Below, one piece after another: positions 26,801 to 40,700 of a DNA stretch of 64,000 nt. Source of the stretch: Paragordius varius (taxonomy: Eukaryota; Animalia; Nematomorpha); NCBI GenBank assembly GCA_964247055.1, contig OZ176052.1, positions 8,990,001-9,054,000 of the forward strand. Reading direction: 5' to 3'. Numbering within the stretch: the stretch's first letter is position 1; each line of letters starts with the position of its first letter. Made by a program: the position numbers and the translations under genes. The notes under the pieces were generated by a model. It was not told the DNA's origin. It saw only the letters and a program-made list of their open reading frames with translations, and did no database searches.

Positions 26801-27881
26801 CAGTAATCTATTTGGGAGTTTTAGCTCTGAGGTAAATTACCCCATATGAATCGTCTAAAAAAGATGGATCTTGAAGGAAGTGTTAACTATGGTTAAATAA
26901 AAAAAATTGTTTAAATAATAAGATCCCCTTTATAAACATTATGTAATAACAATATGATAAGAGCACTTAATTAAATGAAACTATAATGTATAAAAATGTG
27001 AAAAATTTTTAACTATTATATTCAATGGGAGAAGCTTTGTCATGTTAATATTATTAAAAAGTAAATCTTTTTCAAATAGTTTGCTATAAAATGTTTTTAT
27101 TTGATGAGAACGTTGAACAAAATGCTATATAAAAACAGATAGTATATCAATTTAATTATTATTTTTGAGAGAAGTGCCTTTAAATCATATGCATCCCGAC
27201 TTCGAGTATTTAGACTGGATGAAAGCTATTAGAACCGTATTGTTATTTTTTTGAACTTTTGGGGTCAAAAAGACTGAAGGCGTCTTTTCAAAAAAATAAT
27301 TATTTTATCTCTTTCAACTTTTATTCAATGATAACTTTTATATAAACTCTATCGTATCATAAAATATTTTTTAAAATTTCCACATTTTATGAAAATAGTA
27401 AGGTTATACGAGAATAATGGACTCCAAAAGCATTGAAATAATTAAAAACCTTAACCGCTTTCGCTTCCGAAAAAGGATAAAACCGCAATCTTTTTTATAA
27501 TATATTATAAAATAAATTTTTTTATGTTTCTATGAAAATAAATATATATATATATAAATAATTGTATATATGCGTATAATGATTGTGCCCAAAAATGACG
27601 GGATATAATTTTTTTATAAAGGTTAATGAAATAAGTTTGTTTTTATTATTCGCCTATACCAAATTATTATTCGATCTGTTGTTATGCGAACTGATTTTTA
27701 TGATGCCCAGGCATCTCAATCTATTCATGACCCTTAACGACAATTTTAAAAATCTAAGCTTAGATTTTAAGAATTATAATTAATTGCTTACCGCTCTGTG
27801 ATAAAAACACTTAAATATGTATCTGTCTATGGAATATAATATAATAAATAACAGAAGAGCACTTTCCAAAGTCAGTATATC

Positions 27882-28395
27882 ATGTCAACCCCCATTTATT
27901 TGCGTTATTATGTTGGGCATAAAGGAAAATTTGGTCATGAATTTCTTGAATTTGAATTTAGCCCAAACGGTATATTTAGCTGTTTATATGTCAGGAAAAC
28001 TGAGATATGCAAATAATTCGAACTATAAGAATGATACACTTATTAGAAAAGAGGCATAAAATAATGATATAATTTAGGCCTATGTAAGTCGAGCCGTTTT
28101 GGATGAATTAGCTAGAATAGTACAAACATCAGAAATTTTGAAAGAAAATGATGAAACATGGCCCCCTCCTGATAGAGTAGGTCGGCAGGAATTGGAAATC
28201 CTTATCGGGAAAGAATATATATCGTTTAATACCGCCAAAATCGGAACTCTGGCTGATACAGAAAATACAAAGTTTATTTGTTTTTAATATTACAGGGATC
28301 CTGAAGGCTTAAAAGCTTTGTACTATCTGGTGCAAGATTTAAAGTGCTTGGTGTTTTCTTTAATTGGTCTACATTTTAAGATTAAACCAATTTAA
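27882..28395 (+). CDS. mago: Mago nashi (exon junction complex core), 146 aa
   Basis: Exons 27882-27969, 27995-28053, 28078-28271, 28296-28395 total 441 nt. [21 protein letters not shown]...[14 protein letters not shown]...[24 protein letters not shown]. Confidence 0.97.
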
Positions 28396-28432
28396 TTTTT
28401 ATACGATACTGCATGTAAATAAATTTGTAATA

Positions 28433-30658
28433 CTAATTTATTAATTCTGAGTTAAAGCTACAGTAGTTTAAAGTTTTAATAATGTGAATATCTTCAGGCT
28501 TACTTACCATATCATTTATTTTGTTCATGTTAATATCCACACCAATTCCAACTGCGAAAACTTCAACACCTATAAACATATAATATAATTTGATAAAATT
28601 ATAAATATTAGATAGTCTAATAAACCAATCTTTTTTAGTTTAGTTTTTTTAAATTTTTTTTTAAAATACCCATATTCCTGAGTAAAAGTGCTTGGCGACT
28701 TGCTGTATATGGTCTCGACTTCCCATCCGTCATAATTATGACCACTTTTTCTGCACCACTCCTTCCATGCACTATAAAATGTTGTCTTACAAGAGCCAAT
28801 GCTTTATCTATTCTGGTTCCTCCACCTTAATACCAAAAAAATAGATTTATAATAATCGATTTTTTAGTTGTAGAGTTAACACTAAAATACACCTTGATAA
28901 TTAAATTGACGTATCCCTTCCTTGACCTCCTCCAAACTCTTATGTTTCTTCAAATCAAACATCATTCTGGTCAGTGGGGAGCTTGAAAAAATGAGTGCAG
29001 CGACGCGTGTACCTTCATCCGAAATTTTATTTTGGCTATCCATAATTTCTACTGCATTCTAACATGCATATTTTTGACATTGAATAAAATAAGGTAAACC
29101 TCTGTTGGTGCGGACTATTTTTGTGAACTGAACAATACTATTTCTTTTTTCAGCGACACATTAAAAGCAAAATGATTTTCTTATTATGTTAAATTAAAAT
29201 TTAACCATCTTTCGTATGTGTCGAAAAATTTTAGGACAAAAAGTTTTTTGCATTTTTATTATGCTGACTATTGATAATTAGTGATATTTCTGAATAATAA
29301 TTTATTTTGTTGTGCGGCCTCCTCCATTTTTTTTACAAAAAGAGGTTAGACTTAATTTTATTACCCTATATATAAATACTAGTGATTGCCATTTCCAATT
29401 TGGCAAAAGCGAAAATAATTAAAATGATATGAAAACGAAATATTTTAACCATATTTGTACCTGTAAAGCTTCGACCCCACATTCAAATATACTACGACCT
29501 ATGCTACTGCTACCGTCCATGACGAGAATGGCATCTATGGCTTTTAGACCGCCATCTTTTTTCACATAATTGAATTTTTCAAGGGCTGAGGTGGCAGGTT
29601 CTTTTGCCATGACTCTGGCTTTTGCTAAGATTTGATCTTTATCGCTAAAATTTGCCACTCCTTCGTGTATATCATGTATGACATTTTTAATGAAAGATTT
29701 AGCATCGGTGTCTGTAGCATTTTTAAAGGTACTTTGACTTGCGTTCGCAACACTCTTTATCAATGTTACATCTATATATTTGTAGTAAATATCTGTAATA
29801 TACCATTTACAATTCAAATCCACCCTTGAACAATTTAAATTCACCCTAAAAATAATCTATGTGTTTTCGGACTAATATAAATCATCATTAATAAGAAATA
29901 TATTATGGCATAGTTTATTATTTTTTCAGTATTATATAAATTTTCAACGTATTTTAAAATATAAAAAAATATAAATAATTTTTAAATTTTAAAAAACACA
30001 ATTTTTTAGGGTGAACTTGAATTGATTGAGGGTGAATTTAAATGGTATAATCCTAATGAGAAGGATTAGTTAATTAAATTGGGTGCATTCTTTATGTTTT
30101 ACACATATATTTATTATTAACTGATTTAACGTAAACGACCCTTAAAATGCCCAAACTAATTAATTTATGACGCGGTGATTATATTTTTTTGACATTCGTC
30201 TGAAACTAGCTGATTTTTTCATATTTAGGTTTACTCTGTATAACAATAACAGTTAAACGACTATATTTGTAAAACATAAGTCTACACACACCTTAATATT
30301 TAAGGATCGATATATATTTTTTTATCGAAAATATTTACTTATATTATCATCTCATTAATTTTATCTAATAAATTAGGTATTTTATTCTCAAACGTACATG
30401 GAAATGATATATTAAACTGAATGAAGTTTTTATTTATTATATTTTCTTTTTTGATAAAAAATATGTATGATTTCGGTATTACTAAATAAAACTATTTAAT
30501 TTACTTGAATAATCTTCGAGTAAACCATGAATTGTATTGTTGACATTTTCCGAATTAATATTATTAGATAATCCGTGCACAGTTCTGAATACGAAAGAAT
30601 CCACACTGCTGCTATATTTGATCACATAGGCTGCTAATATACACATTAGTAAAGACAT
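28433..30658 (-). CDS. Secreted single von Willebrand factor A-domain protein, ~300 aa
   Basis: Exons 30658-30526 (signal-peptide-like, less certain), 29771-29461, 29058-28893, 28825-28670, 28569-28433 total 903 nt. MIDAS DGSSS, GGGTRID, VIIMTDG, GVEVFAVGIG. Confidence 0.82.
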
Positions 30659-32989
30659 GGAATATATTTTAAATAAATAATTGGAAAAATTAAAAATGGC
30701 AAAAAAGCGGCATTAAATATGAGGAAGTTTCAGGTCATTTTCTCACCAATTGTTTGGATCTCTTTTTAAGAGAACAAAGAATTGGCTTTATTAACACAAA
30801 CTGTTAAATTAAATTTTATTAATATAGATCCGATATTAAGCAAACAAAAGATATTTTCTTTGATTAAATAATTTATTCATATATAAAACATAAATTTATT
30901 TTGTTGTAACAATATAGTATACACAATGGTATATATTTTACTGTACACTATATAAAAGTAAATGTTAAAGTGTAGATTAAGATTCAATTCAAATACGTTT
31001 TATATCATTCATTGCTGTATTATGGTTTTTAATAGATAAGAGTAACAGAGAGGAATTATATATAGCACAAAGTTTGATTGTCAATTTGGCTATTTAAAAT
31101 GAAATTTATAGTCTTGACGAAATGACTTTATTTTTTATGTATATCTATCCAGAAAACTTGCAATGTGTATTATTAACGATTCAAGGTAACTTTTATCAGG
31201 CGGAAATCGTGCACAGATAAATAAAAACTGATAAAGATATTATTATATCGTAGGTAATGAAACCTAAAAATAATAAACTCAGTTCAAAAGATGTTTTTTA
31301 TCTTTTTATTTGATGAATCCAGCAATTAATGAGGGGTAGAGCTATACAATATGATACATTTTTCAATATTAATCAGCGCATATAGCATCTTTATAAAAAT
31401 AGGTATTTGGTTTTAAGGCAATAGTATTACTTGTTTAACTTATTCTAGGGAAATGTCCAGAAAGAGAATGTCAATGGCCATCTTTGTGCTCTGAACGTTT
31501 AATTTAACAATTAAATTAAAAATGTATGTAAGAAGAGGGGAGGGGCCTTAGAATAATGTTACAAGAGCTTCGTTTTGCCACTCTTTAGAAATTATTCGCA
31601 TGATGATCTACATGCAATCAACCTAATACGAATATATAAGTATTTTTTGCATTGTGCAACTGCAAAAAATTATTTTTATTCTCGATTAATTTAATATTCC
31701 ACTATTCATATTAAATCAGAAATTTAAATAGGTCATGTTTAATGCTTATTAGAAATTAAAAAACCTGTGAATACATCTATTTTAATAAAATGTAAAATTA
31801 AGGCTGAAGAAATTTTCCCCAAACTGTTACCTGATTAAAATGATTAATATTTAACGAATGTGCCGATCATAAATTACCAAGCTGTTCCCTAGCAAAATGA
31901 CATTTTTTCAAACAAAGCCAAGTCTTTTATACGAATTTTTGAGGAAATTTATTGCCCAAGTTAGGAAACTATATAAAAACAATATTGTTTAATGTTCAAT
32001 TATAAAGGCGAAAGTTTTAGCCCAGCGCTTTTTCAATTAGCCAATAGGTAGGGCTTTCCTCCGTTGAAAATGCGTTTTAAAACGCTTTGAAGTTAATATA
32101 ATTTTAAGACTGAAAATTTTGTTCCTTGTTGTAAAATACCCGCTGGTTAAGGCTTTCCACGTAAACACCATAACTTTTAGTTTTAGCGCACAAGAAGACA
32201 ATATAGATTAAATCACGGTTATAGCTATCTATAAAGAGAGAATTATAGCCACGAGGTTTTTTTCAAATTAGCACCAGGTATGCCCCCACCCTCTATAAAA
32301 TACGCGATCATATGAAAAAACATGGCATTGAAGTTAATAATCTAAAAGTTATGAAAATGGAATAACAAGGCCTTGGCTCTTTCCAGTTTAAAGAATAAAC
32401 TTAGTCCAGCGCTTTTTTAATTATCGGCGAGTTAGGGCATTGAGCTCTGTAAAATAATCAGCATAAAAAATCGCGGCTTTGAAGCTAATTTTCACTAAAC
32501 TTTTCAGGCCATATGAATTCAATATAATTTTAGGAAAATACTATACAGCTTATTCTTTAATCAGATGGCTAACATAGTCGACTTCGTTTAGTTTCTTATA
32601 CCGTAAAGTCCCGCTTTATCCAAAAATAACTAGGTCACAAAATATTTTGGACGAATTATTTGCAAGAAGTATGATTATTGATCCCACTTATTTGTCTATG
32701 AATGTATAAGTGAATTTTTTTAATTCCCCTTTGGGCAGGGTTCTTCCCAAACGTAAACTGCTCTTCCAAACAAAATTTTTTGGACATGTAGCTCTATGGC
32801 CTCAAAGATTTCCTATTAATTCACGCTTGGATTTCAAGTTTATGTGAAATTATTATATTACAATTATAATTCAGCTAAAATTATATGAATTAATTGTAAA
32901 TTTTTAATTACTACTAATCTTTGTTAAACGTAAATAAATATAATTGAAATATAATAAATTGTTTTTTTTGAAAAATCCACCTAAATTTA

Positions 32990-33545
32990 AAAGCAAAGCT
33001 CTATCAAAATTCTGACGTGATAAAAATGTTCAGCATCATTATGTAGAAAAAGATTTTTATAATTTAAAGCGTTTTTTACCGTTTCCATCTGCCTTAAAAT
33101 AGTATGAAGTACGCTTCGACAAATTTTTCTATAAATAAATTTTTTAAGAAAGTTTAGGAAAAAACTTATTTTGATTTTATTAGGCATACATTTAAATTTG
33201 TTAAAGTAATCTTGGCATTTTCACGTTTTTTAAAGAGAACTAACCAAAATTTGAGAATTTTAAAAATTATAATTTTATAAAAATATTGTTTTCCAATTTA
33301 TATGTAGTTAACAATACATTTAAGTGATTTTTTTTGGTATGAGGCATTTAGATTCAACCAAAAAGATTTTTAAGATGTGCGCAAATTTTCTCTGATATGA
33401 AAAAGTTACAACAAAAGCGGGAATAGCTTTTTTGAATCACTTTTAAGGGCCAAACTAAAATACATCTTGATAATCCTGATTCATTTGCCCATCATATATA
33501 TTTCATCAAGATATTTTATACTTTTTCGATTTTAGACGCAGTGTA
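32990..33545. repeat. Dispersed repeat, inverted homolog of ~47456-47960; one end TA|CACTGC suggests a Tc1/mariner-like non-autonomous element
   Basis: aattctgacgtgataaaaatgttcagcatc (33008) is the reverse complement of gatgctgaacatttttatcacctcagaatt (~47904). The end gcagtg|ta (33543) matches ta|cactgc (47456). The other end was not found. Confidence 0.55.
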
Positions 33546-34581
33546 ATATTCAAATCATTTGAGTGCATCCATGTTAGCAGAGCCGCTCTTTTAAATTAGC
33601 CTCTGCAATCAACTGAATCACGTCTTTTTGCAAATACATCATCAATAAATCTAAAGAATTTTCTGATATATATAAAGACAAGTAAATTCGTCCGATCTTA
33701 ATTATTTTTATTTGGGCACAATTTTGTGAGCGCCTTTTCTGTAAAAATTACAGATATCATTCAAAGCAGATTTTAGGGATTTGTATATTTTTCTCACCGT
33801 TTATAAAAGAAATCAGCTTTAATAAGGAAAGGGTCAGTTTTAATATGGCCAATAATATTTAATAGGTATATCTTAGCGTATGGAAGACCCCATAGAATTA
33901 TTTAAAGATATTTAGAGAAAATGGTTAGGTAATTTGATTTTTTCCTCTTTGTTGAAAAAATTATTAGAATGATTATCGGCGAGAGTGCATCACAGCAAAG
34001 CGTGTCAGGGTCAGCTAGTCTAAATACAAAATTTAAAAAAATATACGTAAAGAAGCCATATAAAAATTTCCTCACCCATCAAAGCAAAAATTATTAAGTT
34101 TAGAAATAGTATTATAATTAGGGTTTTATATAAATTTAAACCATTCGAATCTCTATTAAAAATTTATATCAATAATGTATCCAGTTAGCACAGTTCTGTA
34201 CCTTTAATTTCAATCCAAATACTAAAAATATAATCAGCATTTAAATCAACTAATGTCCGCATTCAGTATAACTTGTTTGATTAATGATACCATAAACTGA
34301 AAAACTATTTAGCAATTTATTATAAAAAATTATAATTATTTGTTCAGTTTTGCGAACTATTATATCTACATAACTCCTTCCTTAAAAATTATTTTATACA
34401 ATATTTTTTATAAAAAATGTAAAAAAAATATAATTATATTATTGTCATACGTTTTTTTGAATGTATAATGATGTCAGGTGAAGTTGCTTACAATATCGCC
34501 TTAGAGAGCGCATCTTTATACAATAAAAAATTATTCAAGGGTAGGAAAAAGCGGCTACCATATCTGGAAACCCATACAGGT

Positions 34582-37013
34582 TTATAATAAGTTTATGTTT
34601 TCATATAAATAATATAATCTTATATCCATATTTAAGTCTTTTTTGCTCAATATGGGAAGCGAGAATATTTCTTTAGCCAATTGGGATAAGAAAAAATATT
34701 TTTCATTACGATTGCACCACCACGAAATAACATTGTTTCCCACATAGATTTCTTTATTATAATTGTGCATCTCGTGACTTAACTGCATTGAAAGATTTTT
34801 GCAAAAATCTAAAATATATTCTTAATTTACTTTGTTCCTTATTTTTATGCATAATGTACTGGAAAATAATTTTTTGATTATCTTTGCTCATGGAAAACGA
34901 ATTTTTTATACTCGGATCCAAATATTGTGCAATAAGGATAATATCGTCAATATTTTTCCAAATGTTATTTATAGCATATAATACGTTTGGCAGGACATTG
35001 GTGATATTTTGTATTGTTGGATAAATATCGCTTATATATACAATTTTATCAATCATTTCTTCCATAACATCATGGATGTATGTTGATTCTTCATCATTCG
35101 CACCAGTGATCGGATCATTTATATTAAATTTATTTCCCAAAACGCACGTTGTATTTAATACACGCTTTATGTTTGTCCAATTAGGATTAATTATTTTGAG
35201 TTTTTGTTTTACACTTTTGCTTTGGGCTATTTCTTGCCATTCATTAAATGATTCTATATCAAATGATATGGTTTGTAAATTTAGTTCACCCAAATTCAGA
35301 TGTGTGTCGTAAGTCATTTCTTTTTTTACCAATTCATTGTTCTTATCGAATATACACACCTCCCAATAATTCATTAAATCAATTAGGCACGAATGATTTG
35401 AAACATTTATATTACGCGATTCCCAACCATTTTCTCCTTGTCCCTCGTATATGTAATAAAGATGGGCGGAATAATATTTTTGTGCCTCCTGAATGTTGTT
35501 AGATTCAAAATTGTTTTCATTTTCTTTTATCATAATAATAGGTTCACCCAATTTATTTATGATATAATCATGCTTCTGAATAAGTAAATGACAAGATAAC
35601 TTAGGTTCCAATAATTCCGTACATATTTTTATTTTAACGATTTCATCCAATCGGTTTTTTGTTTCATCTCTTAATTCGTTTAATAACGTAACATTACCAT
35701 GATTATTTATGCCACATGTATTAAGTATAACTAAACTCATATATTGTAAATAGTCATTGAGTGGTGAAATTTTGAATTTTCTAGCCCCTTTAATAAGCTC
35801 TTGGTAAATCTTTTGAGCTATTAATTTATTTTCTACATGCTCCTTTCCTGTGATATCACTTGTTAATGAATCATCCTTCTTTATGGTTTGAACCTCATTT
35901 GAACCAATAATCTGATCGTCATTTATTTCTTTAATTTCATTTTCTTCTAATTGAGCAGCAATTGTAGCATTTTGGTTATCGTTTTTAACATTATCATTGT
36001 TATCGGTACTAATTCCATCATTCCCCACCATTGGTTCATACATTTCTTCGTTTATCAATCCTTCCTTAACCTGTTGCAACCATTTTTTTATTATTTCCAA
36101 GCCAATCTCATTCGCTTGTTCTTGCGGGTTATGGTATTGATAAAAATTGTTTAATGAGTTATAATTATCTGACTTTTGTTTTTTGTCCGCAACTTTAGTC
36201 CTTTTAACATATTTTTTCTTAATTTTTCCACACGGGTACCGTTCAACAACCTCATTCGTATAATAATTCCTACTTTTAATTTTACCATTTTCAGGATTTT
36301 TACATGAAACCAGATTCTTATCGTTATCATCATTACCTCCAGTTATTATCTTGTCGTTTACCAATGTAGTACTAAGGGAATTCGTTAAACTATTTTGATT
36401 TGTAGCAACAGTTTTTCCCATAATTTCATATTCCATGGGATGTTTATTTCGCAAATGCGTTAACATGGGTGATGTGCTAAATCGTTTTGAACCGTAAGAT
36501 GGGCCACGGGAGATAACTTTACCACACAATTTACATATGGATTGCGATTCATTTTCCGGGTTTACGTTAAAATAAAGCCAAGCACCACTTTTACGTTTGC
36601 GCGTGTTTAGTCCATCCTCTATCCCACCAACATCAATACAAGTTTTACGTTCATTATTTAATTCATTATTATTTGGTGGTTTTAACAATGGTTCCTTGTT
36701 CACTTCACCACATTGAATATCAATCATTTTATCACAGTTAAGCAAGTTTGACCCTACTTTTGGACTTTTGTTGGGGTTGACATCCATTGATGTTTTTTCT
36801 TGCATTTCCATGGATTGTGAAGATAATTGGCACTCTTCCGAATTACTATTGGTCAAATTTTCAATTCGGCTCCTAATTAAAAATTGATAATTATTGTTTA
36901 ATAATTTATATCAGTATTTTAAATCACCTTTCGTTCCAATCCTTGTCTGTCACATAATTTGTTTCATTTATAACATCCAAATCCGGTTTAATTTCAAAAT
37001 CTAGAGTATCCAT
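34582..37013 (-). CDS. hAT-transposase-derived ZBED-like protein (BED zinc finger plus hAT C-terminal dimerisation domain), ~784 aa
   Basis: Exons 37013-36928, 36872-34831, 34808-34582 total 2355 nt. BED finger AWLYF...CKLC...TSPMLTHLRNKH, YLDPSIK, and NVISWWCNRNEKYFFLSQLAKEIFSLP. No TIRs recognised. Confidence 0.8.
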
Positions 37014-37734
37014 AAAGAAATGTTACAAAAATAATATTTATAAAAAAATTGTCAAATATTCGAATATTAGACAATAAATGCGTTCTAGAACGCTTAACCC
37101 CTCATTTGCCGATACGCATTTTATGTATTTGCGCTATACAAGTTTCACATACCATATTTTACAGTTTTATAAACGTTCTATTTCTTTAACGGTTTGGTTT
37201 GGGCTTAGCTAAAAAACGTATTAAATATACAATATTCATCACAAGTCAAAATTGTACAAATTTCAATGATAAGTCCTACTTTTGATACATAATGTAAGAG
37301 TATCAAACTATAAGCTAATAAATATTCCAAGTAATAACAATAATATATATAATTATATCATTGTATGTTTATATAAATGAATCTAAAAATGTAAAATTTA
37401 TGATTATCCCTTGGACCATATCAACCAAAATATAAAAATTTAAAGGTTTAATATTTTATGGGACCATACAAATCAACCAACACCAATATTTCAGATTATA
37501 TTAAAATATTTAACTAAAAAATAGAATTTTAATAAGTATTCGCATTGTCCGATATTTTATATATTAAATTCACCTATTTTTATTTAATTATACAGTATTA
37601 ATTTAATATATAAGTTAAAAGGTTTATATAAAAAATTTATTGATATATTATCCATTTTTGAAAAATAAAAAAATCTAATATGCATATGACCAATTTGTCA
37701 AAATGTTTAATTCTGTTTTTGTTGTATTCCTAAG

Positions 37735-40700
37735 GTATCCCGTTAGATAATACCATTTCCGTGTATTCGTGTTTTGAAAGAGGGCCTGGCAGAAAACACG
37801 ATCAAATATATTCTTATCCACCCCGTCGCTACTCAACTTCAAAACGTATCATTGTACAAAATAATTTTCTTAAAGGTATGATATGTGTTTTAATCTTTAA
37901 ATATCTATTATTTTATATTTTATAAAAAAAAATACGGCAAAATTATGTTATGAATATAGAAAGTAAAAATGAAGATTATATATCTGCATTTTTGGATGAC
38001 CAAATTGGTACAAATTCAAGCACGGTTTACCCACAAAAGCAACAGCACGGAAGTTTGGGTAAAATATTTTTAACAAATAAAATATTTTATTAATTACGCT
38101 TTGCATTAAATCATATAATAAAAATGAGCACCCAAATATTGTCGTCTAGTCTAGATGTTACTAATTTGTCAAACATTTTTTTGGTAATAAGTTTATCTCA
38201 GACAAACAATTTTTAACTAACTGATCGTCATAAAATAAATACTAATAACACTACTAAAATCATTATCATTAGATAAATTAGATTTTTGTATAATGCCTGC
38301 CTTAATGATATTGATTTGACGCTTATGACCAGAATGACTGCATTCCTATGCAGCCGTCATAACTATTGGTATTTTTTGATAGGTAAAAAACCAATCAATT
38401 CTTAAGTTTTATTTTCTACTCAAATAGGGTACGTTTATGAAGTGAAAACTGGTTCTCACAATCAAAACAACTCAACAAACTGCTCATCTCTAACATATGG
38501 TGGAGGTATAGGAACGATGGATGATATGGGCGGTTCTTCTTACATCGTTAGCGGTGGAATGGATAATAAAACGGGTTCTCGAGACAGCGGGGTAGATGGA
38601 CAAATGCTCGGTGCCGATGAAAGTGACAATGACACGAAATATGATCCTGATGTCGAATACTCAATTTCTGGATCACAAAATAGGTCCAAAAAACGGGCTA
38701 AACGGGTTTAAACATTAATATTAATAATATGGAATTTTTATTAATATATTGGTGTACAATGCTGTAAAAAAATTTAACGGTTATAATTATTTTTTAGCTG
38801 ATGCTTTTTTATCCTTATCAATATACAGGGTAATATTTTGAGCGTTAACATATAGTTTGACAAAATGAATTGATAAATAGTCCTAATTAAATGGCTCCTC
38901 AGTTTTTTCTCATAGTTATAGTAGTTTTTCCTGCTAAATAAAACATTTGTGGGTGGTATATGCATCATTTTAATAATTTGTTAACTTTTATCGTTAATAT
39001 CGAATATTTTTAGTACCAATAATTAATAAATAATATGTCGACCAAGTTTGAATGATCTTAATTTATCAAAAAAATTTTTAAGCATTGCTTTAGATATCGA
39101 CCATCATATACTAAAGATGCATTGCAACTTATAACGTCATTTGCAATGATTTAATAAATTGCTATAGTTTAATTATAAAACGGATAAAACATTAAATTTT
39201 TTTTCAATATTTGTTCTTTTGTTATAGGGAATAGGCAGGCCTAGTTTGAAACAATATCGGGCGACCAATTATGGGACACCCCCACACAACAATACTCCAT
39301 CATCCAATACAGTGCTGGCCTCTTCAAAAACTTTAATAGTTCCTTCCTACAATGTTGGCAATAGTTTTGAATCTCGTGGTTCTGGTTCTACACATCGCAT
39401 ACCTCTTTCTGTTACAACGATTTCGGCCATTAACAACAACAATTTTAGCAATAACGCTCTTAATGCCATTAGTGGAATGCAAAATCAATTAGATAGAGAT
39501 GGTAGTTTTTCTTTCTATGAATGAAAATAAGGATGTGATAGATATCATTTTTTAATTAACAAATTTATAGCATTTTGATTATTTTAATAGGCAGTTTTCA
39601 CAGATAGTATTATTTATTCATAAACAGATTTTTTGCTAAATTATATCATATTCTATATATTTTATTTTATATAGGTTTTAACCGGCATATACCAAATGCT
39701 GCCAATTTGAATCAAAATATGTATGGAGGTACTAACATAAATCCTTTAAATATGCCCAATAATAATAGTAATAACAATAAATATCCTCCAAATATGGCTC
39801 AAAGGATGGGAGCCTCTTATCTTTCACAAGATGGAAACAATATCAATGCCATGTATAATAATGAATCATACCCACCAAATCATCACTTAAGGTTTGATGT
39901 TATATAATGCCTTACTCGGTAACATACAAGGATTACAAAAAAATTATACAGAAAATTTTCCTCTTTTATTAATAGAATAAATTGATAAGTATAGATTACA
40001 CAAATATGAGTATCCATGTGCCGCATAAATAATTTTTTATTTATTCACTGGCCAAACAAACTAACCTCATTAAATGATATTATATTTGCAATTTTATACC
40101 ATCCTTTTTAGAATCGGAATAGTTATGTAGACGGGTTTAATATTAACCTTTTTAAGTCAAAATAAAGATTATATATAATAAGAAATTGACACCAGAATAA
40201 AATAATTATTTTTTTAATTTATTAGCTCAGGAACCACTCCGGTTTTCTTTTTAAATTCCTAGAAACCAGGCAGGTTCCAGTTTCCACCTTTTTCGATCCG
40301 GCTTAAAACCCATATATATATATATATCCTCTTATTTTCTTTGAAAACAAAATATCGTTATTTCAACCCATTTGCTCATTTTGATATTTTTTAACGCACC
40401 AAAAAGCCAGATTATAAGAATTATATTTAATATAGACCAACACTCCCTAACCCTATACCGTTTGTACAATCTGGTATTTCAAACACCGTTTATAAAGGAC
40501 CAAGTGTGGGACCTAATACGGGAAATTTTGCACAGGCGGGAGGTGGCCAACCCATACCAATGTATCATGAATCGTATATGAAATATTCTACATCTCAAAT
40601 GCCATACCCTCTTCATCACGGTGGTGTTAATCCAAATTTTGTGCCCTTTAATGAACATGCTTATGGAGGTCTTTCCACAAATTATTTAAAATAAATTAAT

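Noticed and set aside
27882-28395. Mago divergence as an adaptation to tiny introns
   Set aside because: By recalled comparison about a quarter of residues differ from the human protein. Termini and length are conserved, and I cannot show this exceeds ordinary fast-evolving invertebrate rates.
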